From a virus: 64,000 nucleotides of DNA. The notes under the pieces are model-generated. The model saw only the letters and a list, made by a program, of their open reading frames with translations. It ran no database searches and was not told the DNA's origin. The stretch spans positions 1 to 64,000 of the IMG/VR virus record IMGVR_UViG_3300033146_003848. One strand, given 5' to 3'. Below, in pieces: positions 19,506 to 29,577 of the stretch. Position numbers and translations under genes: made by a program. Each line of letters opens with the position of its first letter. The first letter of the stretch is position 1.

Positions 19506-20423
19506 ATGAATGGTAAAAATTTTACTTTAGAACGGAATAATAACCATAACTTTTTAGTATATGGGGATACCGATTCATTTTATGTATCATTGGAGAAAAT
19601 AAGTCCGTTTATCTATAAGAAACAAGGACTTAATGTTGATTCTCCTTTACAAGATAGAGTGGATGCGTTAGATAGATTTTCGGAAACTATTTTGCAAGGG
19701 ATAATTACAAAACATTATGATGAATTAGCGAAATATAAAAATTCAATTCAAAAAATGTTTATGAAGAGAGAAGCGATTTCAACGAAGGGAATGTGGCTTG
19801 CGAAGAAAAAAAGATATCTTTTGAATGTTATTGACATGGAAGGAGTGAGATATCAAGAGCCGAGAATGAAAGTGACTGGAGTTGAAATCGTTAAGTCGTC
19901 TATTCCTCAATTCATGAGAGATAGTTTACATACTCTATTCCAAATGATATTGAATAGTGATGATCCATATACTAGAGACTCTAAACGAGAATTTAATGCA
20001 TATATTAAGGAAAGTCGAGAAATAATGGATACTTTAACTCCAGAAGAGTTGGGATTCCCTAGAAAAATTTCTGATTTGGATAAGTATGTGAATGCAGATG
20101 GTAATCCTAAAAAAGGAACTCCTGTTCATTCATATGGAGCAATTATATATAATAATCATCTGCGTGATGAAAAACTTAATAATTTTGAGATGATAAAAAG
20201 CAAAGAGACGATTAAATTCATATATATAAAGAGTCCGAATCCATGGAACACTCATGTTGTGTCATTTAAGGATAGGTTACCTAACGAATTTGTGCAATAT
20301 ATAAATTGGAATAAGATGATTGATAAATCATTTTATGATGTGGTTTCCTTGATTTTAAAAGATGTTAAATTAAAGTTGGCATTTGAGAATGATAGTAGTA
20401 GTGTTATGAGTTTATTAACTTAA
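19506..20423 (+). CDS. polB: Family-B DNA polymerase (gp43), C-terminal subunit: motif C and thumb
   Basis: YGDTDS, KKKRY, KVTGVEIVKSS; own GGAGA RBS. Confidence 0.95.
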   Translation: MNGKNFTLERNNNHNFLVYGDTDSFYVSLEKISPFIYKKQGLNVDSPLQDRVDALDRFSETILQGIITKHYDELAKYKNSIQKMFMKREAISTKGMWLAKKKRYLLNVIDMEGVRYQEPRMKVTGVEIVKSSIPQFMRDSLHTLFQMILNSDDPYTRDSKREFNAYIKESREIMDTLTPEELGFPRKISDLDKYVNADGNPKKGTPVHSYGAIIYNNHLRDEKLNNFEMIKSKETIKFIYIKSPNPWNTHVVSFKDRLPNEFVQYINWNKMIDKSFYDVVSLILKDVKLKLAFENDSSSVMSLLT

Positions 20424-20433
20424 TTTTATATAG

Positions 20434-20459
20434 AGGAGATCAATTTTAATTGATCTCCT
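20434..20459 (+). terminator. Hairpin downstream of polB
   Basis: AGGAGATCAATT-TT-AATTGATCTCCT perfect inverted repeat. Confidence 0.6.
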
Positions 20460-20474
20460 ATTTGGAGGAAAATA

Positions 20475-21281
20475 ATGAGTGATTTTTTTATTGAACTTGG
20501 AGGGGCAAGAATTGAAATGAACACTTTAAATATTTCTTATGGTTTTTGGTCGTCTCATTTTCAACAATTCCGTCTTGCTGATAAATACGGTAGTCATTAT
20601 ATAGATCTCAATGTCGCCACGAAAAGTGGAACAATTGTTACTTTTAAAAACTTTAAAGAAATTTATGATGAATTTAAGTCGAACCAAAAGATACATCTCA
20701 AGTGTTTATCATGTGGAGATCTTAATTATATTGATCGATCTCGTTCATTTGAATGCCCAACTTGTAGTAATGATAGTTTCGATTGGGATTATAAATTAGA
20801 TATTATGAATCGATCTACGATGAGTTTAATGTATTCTGATGATTATATGGCCGGAAATTCGACATTATCGTTAGCCCAAGATGGACCCACATTGGGAATT
20901 GGTCAAAATTCAACAGTGAATAATAGTTTCAAGATAGATGCTCAAATTCTGGATATTTCATCGATCAATGAAATTAATTATACCACGAGTAGTGGTTCTT
21001 CGAGTGAATTAATAAGTGAGACTGACCGAATGAGAGAATCTGTGAACACTCTTCTTGATGCAGATAATATGTCAACATTGAGGATGAATACATTTGAAAT
21101 AAAACTTGACAAATTAATTGAAACTGATATAATAGATCATGATTTAACAACGCGAGTTGATGAATTAGAAATTCTAACAAAACGTTTGCTTGAAATGTTG
21201 AATCGACAAAGTGAAGAGAGTCTAAAATATAAACGACTGTTGATGATGATTATGATGGAGAAATCAAATGACCACATATGA
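20475..21281 (+). CDS. Hypothetical protein with a zinc ribbon and C-terminal coiled coil
   Basis: CLSC...CPTC; GGAGG RBS. Confidence 0.65.
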   Translation: MSDFFIELGGARIEMNTLNISYGFWSSHFQQFRLADKYGSHYIDLNVATKSGTIVTFKNFKEIYDEFKSNQKIHLKCLSCGDLNYIDRSRSFECPTCSNDSFDWDYKLDIMNRSTMSLMYSDDYMAGNSTLSLAQDGPTLGIGQNSTVNNSFKIDAQILDISSINEINYTTSSGSSSELISETDRMRESVNTLLDADNMSTLRMNTFEIKLDKLIETDIIDHDLTTRVDELEILTKRLLEMLNRQSEESLKYKRLLMMIMMEKSNDHI

Positions 21282-21849
21282 GACAATACAAAATATTCTT
21301 GCTAGATTAGAAAGTCGATTTGAGTTTCTTCATAGCGATTTTAAACACTTTAGTGATGAATTATATTTCCCAAAAGATATGAATCAGTATTTGAGGGATA
21401 ATAAATTTAATAAAGAAGATATTAAGAAATTTCATTCATCAATCATTGTTTTTAAAGACATGTTTACATTTTTAGACCGAGGTAAATATTTATTGGATAA
21501 GTTGGTTGATTTGGGTGGACAAATCAATCATCAGATTTCTCATAGAGCGATGTATTTTGGTGGATGTGATAGTGCTTGTTGGTTCAATGTTGATCGCAAA
21601 AAAGGGAGTGTTAATTTTGGACTATTATTGGATTGGGAATCATCAATTGGAAAATCACTCTCTGTTAGTTGGAGAAATAAAATATTTGGATTTAAAACAT
21701 TAACTGAAGAGTATGAGTTTGCACATCAAGTATTAGATGCTCATCGATCGATATTATCTGAACATTTGAAGTATTTAGATGATCAAACTGAATATGTTGA
21801 GAATAGTAAGTTGACTGATTTTATTACAACTATGAATGCGAAGAAATAA
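21268..21849 (+). CDS. Hypothetical protein (paralog of 37083-37616)
   Basis: LGG.I..Q and G.(V/I).FG...D..S......W...(I/K)FG shared. Confidence 0.65.
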   Translation: MTTYETIQNILARLESRFEFLHSDFKHFSDELYFPKDMNQYLRDNKFNKEDIKKFHSSIIVFKDMFTFLDRGKYLLDKLVDLGGQINHQISHRAMYFGGCDSACWFNVDRKKGSVNFGLLLDWESSIGKSLSVSWRNKIFGFKTLTEEYEFAHQVLDAHRSILSEHLKYLDDQTEYVENSKLTDFITTMNAKK

Positions 21850-22099
21850 AATGACATTTTTCAAACCATTAGATAATCAAGTTGTTTCGTTACGACAAGA
21901 TGTTTATCAGTTAAAGAGTGATCGAGATAATCTTTTAGAGTATTCTCAGATATTGCAACGAGAAATGAATGAATTAAGTAATCAAGTGGGCTCATTAGTT
22001 AAAATTATTCAACAACAAGATGATGAGATAGTAACGCTAAAGCGATTATTATTAATGAGTCATATTGGATCAAATAAAGGAGTAACTTATGATGACTGA
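21836..22099 (+). CDS. Small coiled-coil hypothetical protein
   Basis: Heptad pattern; C-terminus resembles that of 20475-21281 (KRLL.M). Confidence 0.55.
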   Translation: MRRNKMTFFKPLDNQVVSLRQDVYQLKSDRDNLLEYSQILQREMNELSNQVGSLVKIIQQQDDEIVTLKRLLLMSHIGSNKGVTYDD

Positions 22100-22229
22100 A
22101 TATTTCAGTGACGAGGATAATATTGAGAAGTTCGAAGTCGAAACTATTCATTTAGATATTATGTTTCAAATTCGACAATTAATGGTAACTCGAAATATGA
22201 GTAAGAAGGATTTAGCGAGAGAACGGTGA
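22089..22229 (+). pseudogene. Truncated XRE/HigA-like HTH remnant
   Basis: AGGAG RBS; MMTEYF...IRQLMVTRNMSKKDLARER* stops before the recognition helix. Confidence 0.45.
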
Positions 22230-22314
22230 AAATTTTATCGAACAAAAATAAGTTAATGTTTGCATCTTTAATTCGCAGTTCCGTAGACCTGCGAGATACA
22301 TATTCGGAGGAAAT

Positions 22315-23691
22315 ATGAATAAAATAAATTTAGGAAAATTCATTGAAAGTCGATATAAGGACTATTCACTTTATACTATGGAAAATAGAGCCATTCCGAA
22401 TTTTTTCGATGGACTCAAAGTATCTCAACGAAAGATTTTATATGTTGCTCAGAAAAAAGCAAAGAGTAATATTAATGTTGGAGCATTAGCAGGAGAATGT
22501 AAAGCCGAGGGTAAATATCATCATGGGTCAGTATCATTAGAAGATGCTATTGCATTAATGGCAAAAGATTATACAGGAAGTAATAATATTCCATTATTTA
22601 AAGGAAAGGGGAATTTCGGAAATATTTTTGATTTCACGGTATCATCATCGAGATATATTTCAGTTGAAAATTCTAAAGCAATGAATCAAATTTTTCTCCC
22701 TCAAGATGATGATATATTATTGGAGCATCCAGATTCTGAAAATCCTGAGCCATTGTATTTTGTGCCGATTATTCCGTATGTGTTATTGAATGGAATTAAA
22801 GGTATGGCCGTAGGATACGCAACAGAAATACTCTCATATAATATTAAAGATATTATCCATAATATTTTCGCAGTAATGGAAAATAAAGAGCAACGCGAAA
22901 TGATACCTTATTATAAAGGATATAAAGGGAAAATAGTATTTGAGGAAGATAAGTATGTGATGTATGGTAAAATTAAAAAGGTGAACACAACAAACATTAC
23001 AATACAAGAAATTCCAATATCATATACCAGAGAAACATATAGTAAAATATTAAATGACTTAATAGATAACAAAGTCATCAAGTCTTTCGTTAATAGATCT
23101 AAAAATGATTATTGGCACATAGACCTAAAGGTAGAACGAGAGTTTTCAAAGCAAACTGAAATGGCAATTTTATTAGCATTGAAGTTAAAAGAGAATTTAA
23201 ATTCCAATATGAATACTATTTGGGAAAAGAAAATCGTTCATTATGATGATCCTAGAGATATCATTAAAGACTTCTATGATATTCGCATATCATTTTATAA
23301 AAAACGAAAGACCTTATTTTTGGCACAAATGGAATTGAAATTATATAACAGATTAATAAAATTAGAAATTAATAAATTCATACGGAATTTAAAGACAAAA
23401 GCGTTCACTAAAGATGTTATATTGAAATTTCTAGAAGATGACTGTGAGCGTATGATTTCATTATTAAAACGTAAATTAAAAAAATATGTTCCAAATAAAA
23501 AAATAAATTTTCCAGAATTATATAATTCAATAACCAATTCAGTTAGAGTTTTAGATATAACTGATGATAAAATTCAAGGACTTCAAACTGAAGTTGATTC
23601 ATTAATATCTGAGTTTAATGAATTACAATCAACTTTAGAAACTCAATTATATAAACGTGATTTAGAAGTTTTATTAAAGCACGTTTCTTAA
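22315..23691 (+). CDS. DNA topoisomerase II medium subunit (gp52, GyrA/ParC-like)
   Basis: RAIPNFFDGLKVSQRK, YHHG..SL, GNFG, catalytic SSRY. Confidence 0.95.
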   Translation: MNKINLGKFIESRYKDYSLYTMENRAIPNFFDGLKVSQRKILYVAQKKAKSNINVGALAGECKAEGKYHHGSVSLEDAIALMAKDYTGSNNIPLFKGKGNFGNIFDFTVSSSRYISVENSKAMNQIFLPQDDDILLEHPDSENPEPLYFVPIIPYVLLNGIKGMAVGYATEILSYNIKDIIHNIFAVMENKEQREMIPYYKGYKGKIVFEEDKYVMYGKIKKVNTTNITIQEIPISYTRETYSKILNDLIDNKVIKSFVNRSKNDYWHIDLKVEREFSKQTEMAILLALKLKENLNSNMNTIWEKKIVHYDDPRDIIKDFYDIRISFYKKRKTLFLAQMELKLYNRLIKLEINKFIRNLKTKAFTKDVILKFLEDDCERMISLLKRKLKKYVPNKKINFPELYNSITNSVRVLDITDDKIQGLQTEVDSLISEFNELQSTLETQLYKRDLEVLLKHVS

Positions 23692-23756
23692 TTATATTCT
23701 CCTAGAAAATCACTAAATATTATCAAAGATATTATTTTAAATGAGGTAATTTTTTA

Positions 23757-26700
23757 ATGAATAAGACACAAGCAAAAGCATTTTATAATTCATCGATAGG
23801 TCAAATTTCATGGTGGCTAGCATCTCCAAAGCCATCTGATGCGGGAGATACTCACATGTCAGGTGAAAAAAATGATCAAATTGAGGCTATGGGAGATAAA
23901 GCCGAATCTGTAGGTATTATTTGTACTCAACTTTATGACTTAGAGAGAGTTTATAAAGAGTATTTTACAGAATTAGATAAAGAGTTAGAGAGAAGCCAAA
24001 AAGAAAAGGGTGGAAAAACTCATATGAATAGAAAGGCTGGAAAAAGTAATTTTCTTCAGTCATTAAAGCCAATGAGTCCTGAACTTCTAAAACGAAATTT
24101 AAGTAAATATTATTCTAAACAACATGTGGAATTTAAAACTGCCATGAAGAAAAGTGGAGGAAATTATCTTAGAATCGATGATTATCTTCTTAAAGGTCGA
24201 TTCGATAAACTAGAAGAAGTTTATATACTAAAGAATGTATCATTAGATCAAATGAAAGATATGGCAGGTAAATTGAATCAATTCGCATTTCTTTGGGCAG
24301 GCGAAGAAACTATGCGAACATTGAATATAAAAAATGTAGACGGAGAAGGTCCTGAGGATGTTATTGAAAAGGAACTATTAACATTCCATATATATACTGC
24401 GAATCCGAAAAATTTAAAAAATTATGTTTCTGAACGATATTGGAAAGATGTGTTTGGTCAAGAAGAGGTTCAGTCAGATGATAAAAGGATTTCTTCAAAA
24501 AAATCTAAAGTTGAAGATGATTCAGATTTACCTATTAGTGATGACGAATTATATGGAGATTTTGATCCAAGTGATGATAAGCGTGGACAAAAAAGAGGAG
24601 AGTCTGAGGATGATCACCCATATGTGAACGATGATGATTTTTTAGACGCCGATATAGATGATGAGGAAATACTTCCTATCATTCCAGATGATGATGATGA
24701 TGATGATGATGATGAAATAATTCCAGATGAGGATGATGAGGAAATAATTCCTACTACCTCTGAGAGTGTGAATTGGACAAAAAATTCAATAGAATCCACA
24801 TTATCATCTATCATTAATGAAAATGTATCATTATTTGAAGCGAAAAGTTCAGTCGCAACAGATTTTTTTAAATTCATGAAAGGTTTTAAAACCGCAGTTG
24901 AAGATGACTCAATTTCTGAATATAAACTGGAGCATCAGTATGAATTGAAAGATAAACTGAAAACCGCATTGAAAGATGAGGATGTATTTTTAAAGGGAAT
25001 TTCTAATGATGATTTAACCATAAAATTCCTAGAAATTTTAGATGCGATATCTTCTGATAATTTTAAGTGGGAAAGGATTAAACGAGCACCATTGAGTATG
25101 AAAAAGTGGGAATCATTAATTGGTAAATCATCCAAGTCTAAAAAGAAAGATGATGCTGACACTAAACAGAAAAAGGTCTCCAAGTCTAAAAAGAAAGATG
25201 GTGCTGATACTAAAAAGAAAGATGATGCTGATACTAAAAAGAAAAAGGTCTCCAAGTCTAAAAAGAAAGATAATAATATCCCTCAACAGATTTATAATTA
25301 TCTAAAAACTGGTAAATTGGATAATAAGAGAGAGTATAGCATTGGATTCCTAGATGAATTTAATTCAGATGCCTTTTTTGAAAATACTGAATCTGTGGGA
25401 GTCGCTAAACAATTATTTTCGATTAAAAAACTAATCGAAAAATTCAAAAAAACTTTTAAAAAAGATCCATTTAAAATGTATTTATCCGATGTTCCAACAA
25501 AGTTGAGTGAATATGATGAATTTAAGACTAAAATGAACGATACTAAGAAATCTCAAACCACATTAAATGATGAATCAGCAAAAGATTTATTTAAAAAGTG
25601 GGTTATTTTTAAAAATGTTCAAGGTAAAGATGGTAAAGAGATAAGTCGAAGTAATAAAGATAGCATTGAGCAAAAAGTAAAAGGGTTGATTGCTAAGGAT
25701 CGGAAGTTTTCTGAAGGATATTCAGCCAAAACTATTTCATCATTAATTCAAAAACTATTTATTGCAGAAATACTGTATAAAACTATTTATAAAGTTAGCC
25801 CGTTTGAGAAATATAAAAGTGAGATTGAAAGTGCTAATTTCATTAGTGATTGGGAAAAAATATTACGTCAAATTGAAAGTGATACAAATGAGAAAGAAGA
25901 GTTGTTGCCTGATACCATAAAAGATTCCACGAAGGATAAGAAAAAAGAAGAATTGTTGCCAGCCAAAATTCAAACGGAATTACCAGCAATGAAGGATAAT
26001 TTATCCAAATGGTTTTATGATGAAATTCAAAATTATTCTAAAACTCCAAACACAAAAAAATCAGAAAAAGAACGAGAAATTTTAACGAGTTTAGTCCCAT
26101 TCATTCATGCTCGAGATTCATTTTTTGATGGAGTCATGTTAACAGAATCAAAATTGGAGTTAATTCGTCTGATTGAATCTACAATGAAAGAAATGGAATC
26201 GATTTTGAATGAAAAACAACGATTATTATCTAAAGAAATTGAAATTGTGGGTTCATTCCTTGTGAAAATTTTTAAAGCCTCTGATGCGAATTTAATTGAT
26301 TGGAAAAAGATGATATCGCCTCCAAATAAATTAAAGAGTTGGGAAAAATATATCTTAGATGAACCTTTAGATGATGCTCCAATATCTAAAGTCCACGAAT
26401 TCGATGAGGATTTATTTCTAAGATTTCATAGATGGGTTAAAGATGTATCTAAAGATACCATTAATGAATTTATGAGTAATATCAATAAAACATTTGGTAA
26501 AGAATTGCTATTAAATAATCCATTTTTCGATCACTTAGTGTCTACCAAAACGAAAATTGCTGAATTTGAAAAGCAAAAGATAGGACAAATTATTCATCAT
26601 ATATTGTTAGCCAAATTTCATAAAAAAATAGATTGGAAAAAGATGGAAACTCGTATTCCTAGAAAATTACATGAGTGGTCTAATTATATATTTAATGACC

Positions 26701-28286
26701 GATCATCGATAGATGTCAATCCTGACCCAAATTTCTCAAAGATTTTTTATGATTATATGGTTGAATATGAAAAAGTAGTTTCGAAAATAGAAGATCCATC
26801 GAAAATAGATGATAATGTTGAATTAAAAGAATTATTGGACGACATTCTTATTAAGTGTGAAAATGAATATGATAAAAAGAATGATTTTTTTAAAGAGTAT
26901 TTAGGAGAAGGAGTCCATAATGCTATTAGAAAAACCATAAAATCGTTTACTATATTAACTGAAGATGAGTCTAATCCACAAATTGAAACTGAGTCCGAAT
27001 CACAAGACGAAACATTACAGGAAGTGATGCGAAAGGATGTTTTAATATTATCATCACATAATAAAACTAAAAATATCGATTGGGAAAATATAAATGGTCC
27101 ATTACCAACATTGAAGAGTTGGTTTGAATATGTGATTGAGGATGAATCTGAAGAAGTTGATGCTCCAAATTTCCCAAAGGTTTTTTATGATTATATGGTT
27201 GAATATGAAAAAGTAGTTTCGAAAATAGAAGATCCATCGAAAATAGATGATAATGCTGAATTAAAAGAATTATTGGATGTCATTCTTATTAAGTGTGATA
27301 TTGAATATGATAAAAAGAATGATTTTTTTAAAGAGTATTTAGGAGAAGGAGTCCATAATGCTATTAGAAAAACTATAGAGTCTTTGATGTTATTAACTGA
27401 AGATGAGTCTGATCCACAAACTGAATATGATAATTTAAAATCAGAAATGCGAAAGGATGTTTTAACGTTATCAATACATAATAAAACTAAAAATATCGAT
27501 TGGGAAAATATAAATGGTCCATTACCAACATTGAAGAGTTGGTTTGAATATGTGATTGAGAATGAATCTGAAGAAGTTGATGATATCGATCTTCCGTTAG
27601 TTTTTTATACTCATATGATGGAATATAAAAATATTAAGGATACATTTACAGATGAATTTAACGATGCATTTAAAGATGAATCTGGAAAAAAGATAGATGT
27701 GAGAACTTATCAAACAAAAGAAATGAAAGATGTGCTAACGAAAATTCTTAAAATTTGTATTATTCAATGGGGGGTTAAGAATGAATTTTTTGATGGATAC
27801 CTTCCTGATATAAAAGAGGAACTCCAACAGACACTACGAGATATTAAATTGTTGCTTCAAGAAAAAGATTCACGAAAAACAAAATCGAATCAGAAAAGAT
27901 TTGAGAAAAAAATGACTGATGCAGTGAAGAAGATTTTCAATTTCAATAAAATAGGAGCAATAGATTGGGATAAAGTTCCATCTGAAACTCCACCTCAAAC
28001 ATTAAATGAATGGTTCAATTTTGTGATTGAATCTGATAATACTGAAGAGCCAGACGATAAAGATTCTACTGACGATACTTCTGAAGAACCAACTATTGAA
28101 TTGGTGTTTGGAATATTGAATGATACTGAGTTTTTAAATTCAATAGGGTTTTATGTCGATAAACTTAAAAATATTGATATCACATTATTTAAAATCCCAG
28201 AGTTTGAGAATGCGGCGTCTAAAAAGAAAATTAAGACTGCATATAATAAAATTGCGAAATGGACTAAATGGATATTATTTATCTAA
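23757..28286 (+). CDS. 1509-aa acidic/lysine-rich repeat protein, probably late or virion-associated
   Basis: Long ORF; ACTAAATA box at 23712-23719; poly-Asp tract, Lys-rich repeats, repeated ~120-145 aa helical units ending IDW...L.SW..Y. Confidence 0.7.
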   Translation: MNKTQAKAFYNSSIGQISWWLASPKPSDAGDTHMSGEKNDQIEAMGDKAESVGIICTQLYDLERVYKEYFTELDKELERSQKEKGGKTHMNRKAGKSNFLQSLKPMSPELLKRNLSKYYSKQHVEFKTAMKKSGGNYLRIDDYLLKGRFDKLEEVYILKNVSLDQMKDMAGKLNQFAFLWAGEETMRTLNIKNVDGEGPEDVIEKELLTFHIYTANPKNLKNYVSERYWKDVFGQEEVQSDDKRISSKKSKVEDDSDLPISDDELYGDFDPSDDKRGQKRGESEDDHPYVNDDDFLDADIDDEEILPIIPDDDDDDDDDEIIPDEDDEEIIPTTSESVNWTKNSIESTLSSIINENVSLFEAKSSVATDFFKFMKGFKTAVEDDSISEYKLEHQYELKDKLKTALKDEDVFLKGISNDDLTIKFLEILDAISSDNFKWERIKRAPLSMKKWESLIGKSSKSKKKDDADTKQKKVSKSKKKDGADTKKKDDADTKKKKVSKSKKKDNNIPQQIYNYLKTGKLDNKREYSIGFLDEFNSDAFFENTESVGVAKQLFSIKKLIEKFKKTFKKDPFKMYLSDVPTKLSEYDEFKTKMNDTKKSQTTLNDESAKDLFKKWVIFKNVQGKDGKEISRSNKDSIEQKVKGLIAKDRKFSEGYSAKTISSLIQKLFIAEILYKTIYKVSPFEKYKSEIESANFISDWEKILRQIESDTNEKEELLPDTIKDSTKDKKKEELLPAKIQTELPAMKDNLSKWFYDEIQNYSKTPNTKKSEKEREILTSLVPFIHARDSFFDGVMLTESKLELIRLIESTMKEMESILNEKQRLLSKEIEIVGSFLVKIFKASDANLIDWKKMISPPNKLKSWEKYILDEPLDDAPISKVHEFDEDLFLRFHRWVKDVSKDTINEFMSNINKTFGKELLLNNPFFDHLVSTKTKIAEFEKQKIGQIIHHILLAKFHKKIDWKKMETRIPRKLHEWSNYIFNDRSSIDVNPDPNFSKIFYDYMVEYEKVVSKIEDPSKIDDNVELKELLDDILIKCENEYDKKNDFFKEYLGEGVHNAIRKTIKSFTILTEDESNPQIETESESQDETLQEVMRKDVLILSSHNKTKNIDWENINGPLPTLKSWFEYVIEDESEEVDAPNFPKVFYDYMVEYEKVVSKIEDPSKIDDNAELKELLDVILIKCDIEYDKKNDFFKEYLGEGVHNAIRKTIESLMLLTEDESDPQTEYDNLKSEMRKDVLTLSIHNKTKNIDWENINGPLPTLKSWFEYVIENESEEVDDIDLPLVFYTHMMEYKNIKDTFTDEFNDAFKDESGKKIDVRTYQTKEMKDVLTKILKICIIQWGVKNEFFDGYLPDIKEELQQTLRDIKLLLQEKDSRKTKSNQKRFEKKMTDAVKKIFNFNKIGAIDWDKVPSETPPQTLNEWFNFVIESDNTEEPDDKDSTDDTSEEPTIELVFGILNDTEFLNSIGFYVDKLKNIDITLFKIPEFENAASKKKIKTAYNKIAKWTKWILFI
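25129..25271 (+). repeat. Imperfect tandem repeats encoding SKSKKKDDADTK-like units
   Basis: tccaagtctaaaaagaaagat x3 and gatgctga(c/t)actaaa units. Confidence 0.8.
26727..27582 (+). repeat. Recent in-frame tandem duplication (~420-438 bp, two near-identical copies)
   Basis: Copies start at 26727 and 27165 (ccaaattt..ttttatgattatatggttgaatatgaaaaagtag) and differ by an 18-nt indel. Confidence 0.9.
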
Positions 28287-28360
28287 GGGCATTTTTTATC
28301 TCACATTTATTAAATTCATGATATATTACATTAACTATTTATTAAATGTGAGAGGAAATT

Positions 28361-28786
28361 ATGAATATTAAATTTTATAATAGTGTTCTTCACGATCTGT
28401 TAGATGTGGATGAATTCTTAGACGAAATGATTAAGTTCGATTTATTAAACGAGAAAGGTAATAATTACGGCGATGATGTGAGTGATTTATGTAGAAATGC
28501 TGTAACTTGGAAAATGATGAAATTGATGTCAACAGAAATTTTTCATAAATGTGATGTTAAGGTCATAGAGGGAAAATTTAGAAATAATAATCATTGTTGG
28601 CTTCAAGTCGATGACGTATTTGTAGATTTAACTTTGGCTCAATTTTTAGATGGATGTCCTAAGTTATCTGTAACTGATGTTGATGAAGTTTCTCACCAAG
28701 ATTTATATTTGGCAGAAGAAAGATATGATGTGACGGAATGGCTACTACATGAAATTACTGATTCTGAATTTACTATAGATTTTTGA
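28361..28786 (+). CDS. Hypothetical protein with a transglutaminase/papain-like Cys-His-Asp pattern
   Basis: DLCRNA ... NHCWL ... VDLTLAQF. Confidence 0.5.
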   Translation: MNIKFYNSVLHDLLDVDEFLDEMIKFDLLNEKGNNYGDDVSDLCRNAVTWKMMKLMSTEIFHKCDVKVIEGKFRNNNHCWLQVDDVFVDLTLAQFLDGCPKLSVTDVDEVSHQDLYLAEERYDVTEWLLHEITDSEFTIDF

Positions 28787-28835
28787 AAATGATAAATATG
28801 TATGCTTTATTAATTATAATTGTGAGGGAAAACAA

Positions 28836-29117
28836 ATGAAAACAATTACATTGATAGCGATTCTCGCTATGCTTTTTATTTTTGGATGCAAATCATCCGA
28901 GAAAACATCTAGTCCAACTATTGAGACAATTGACACATCCATTTTAGTCGATGTTAATTCTCATATTATCTCAGATGAATTAAAATCAATTGATAATGAA
29001 ATGGTGACTGAGAATGTTGATTTTGTAGATGATGATGCTGAGAAGTCAGATATTATCATTGACATTGATAATATTGATATGATAACTCCTGATGGGGTTA
29101 ATATATTAAAGGATTAG
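28836..29117 (+). CDS. Putative lipoprotein
   Basis: MK, hydrophobic stretch, IFG-C lipobox; GATAAATA box upstream. Confidence 0.65.
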   Translation: MKTITLIAILAMLFIFGCKSSEKTSSPTIETIDTSILVDVNSHIISDELKSIDNEMVTENVDFVDDDAEKSDIIIDIDNIDMITPDGVNILKD

Positions 29118-29129
29118 TATTTCTTGAAT

Positions 29130-29158
29130 AGCGTGAAGTTCATCGACTTCACGCTTTT
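29130..29158 (+). terminator. Rho-independent terminator
   Basis: AGCGTGAAGT-loop-ACTTCACGCT followed by T run. Confidence 0.75.
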
Positions 29159-29245
29159 ATAAAAAAGGACAAAATAAGTATCATATTTTATATAAAAATG
29201 ATATATTACTATGTGTTTGATTAATTTAACTGACCGGAGAAAAAA

Positions 29246-29509
29246 ATGACTAAAAAAGAATTTATTGAGAAGTTGACTGCTAGTTTTGAAAATGCTACTG
29301 AAATTTATGATTCAGTAATGGAAATCATTACTGAAAGTTTGAAAAATGAAGAAGAAGTAGTTCTTCATGGAATTGGAAAACTTAAACCTAGTTTCAGTAA
29401 AGCAAGAAAGGGTAGAAATCCACAAACTGGCGAAGAAATGGATATTTCTGCAAAAAAAGGAGTTAAATTCACTGCATCTAAAAAAATTAAAGATGTACTG
29501 AATGGCTAA
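29246..29509 (+). CDS. hup: HU family histone-like DNA-binding protein
   Basis: MTKKEFIEKL..GIGKL..ARKGRNPQTGE..FTASKKIKD. Confidence 0.93.
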   Translation: MTKKEFIEKLTASFENATEIYDSVMEIITESLKNEEEVVLHGIGKLKPSFSKARKGRNPQTGEEMDISAKKGVKFTASKKIKDVLNG

Positions 29510-29519
29510 TTAGTTCTAA

Positions 29520-29550
29520 TCTCAGATTCTACATCATGTGGAATCTGAGA
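29520..29550 (+). terminator. Hairpin after HU
   Basis: TCTCAGATTC...GAATCTGAGA. Confidence 0.65.
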
Positions 29551-29577
29551 AATTTTAATAATATGGACACATATTAT

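Noticed and set aside
19290-19580. Active trans-splicing split intein
   Set aside because: No N-terminal Cys/Ser block A, no TxxH, and HN is followed by Phe rather than a nucleophile. Reported only as a possible remnant.
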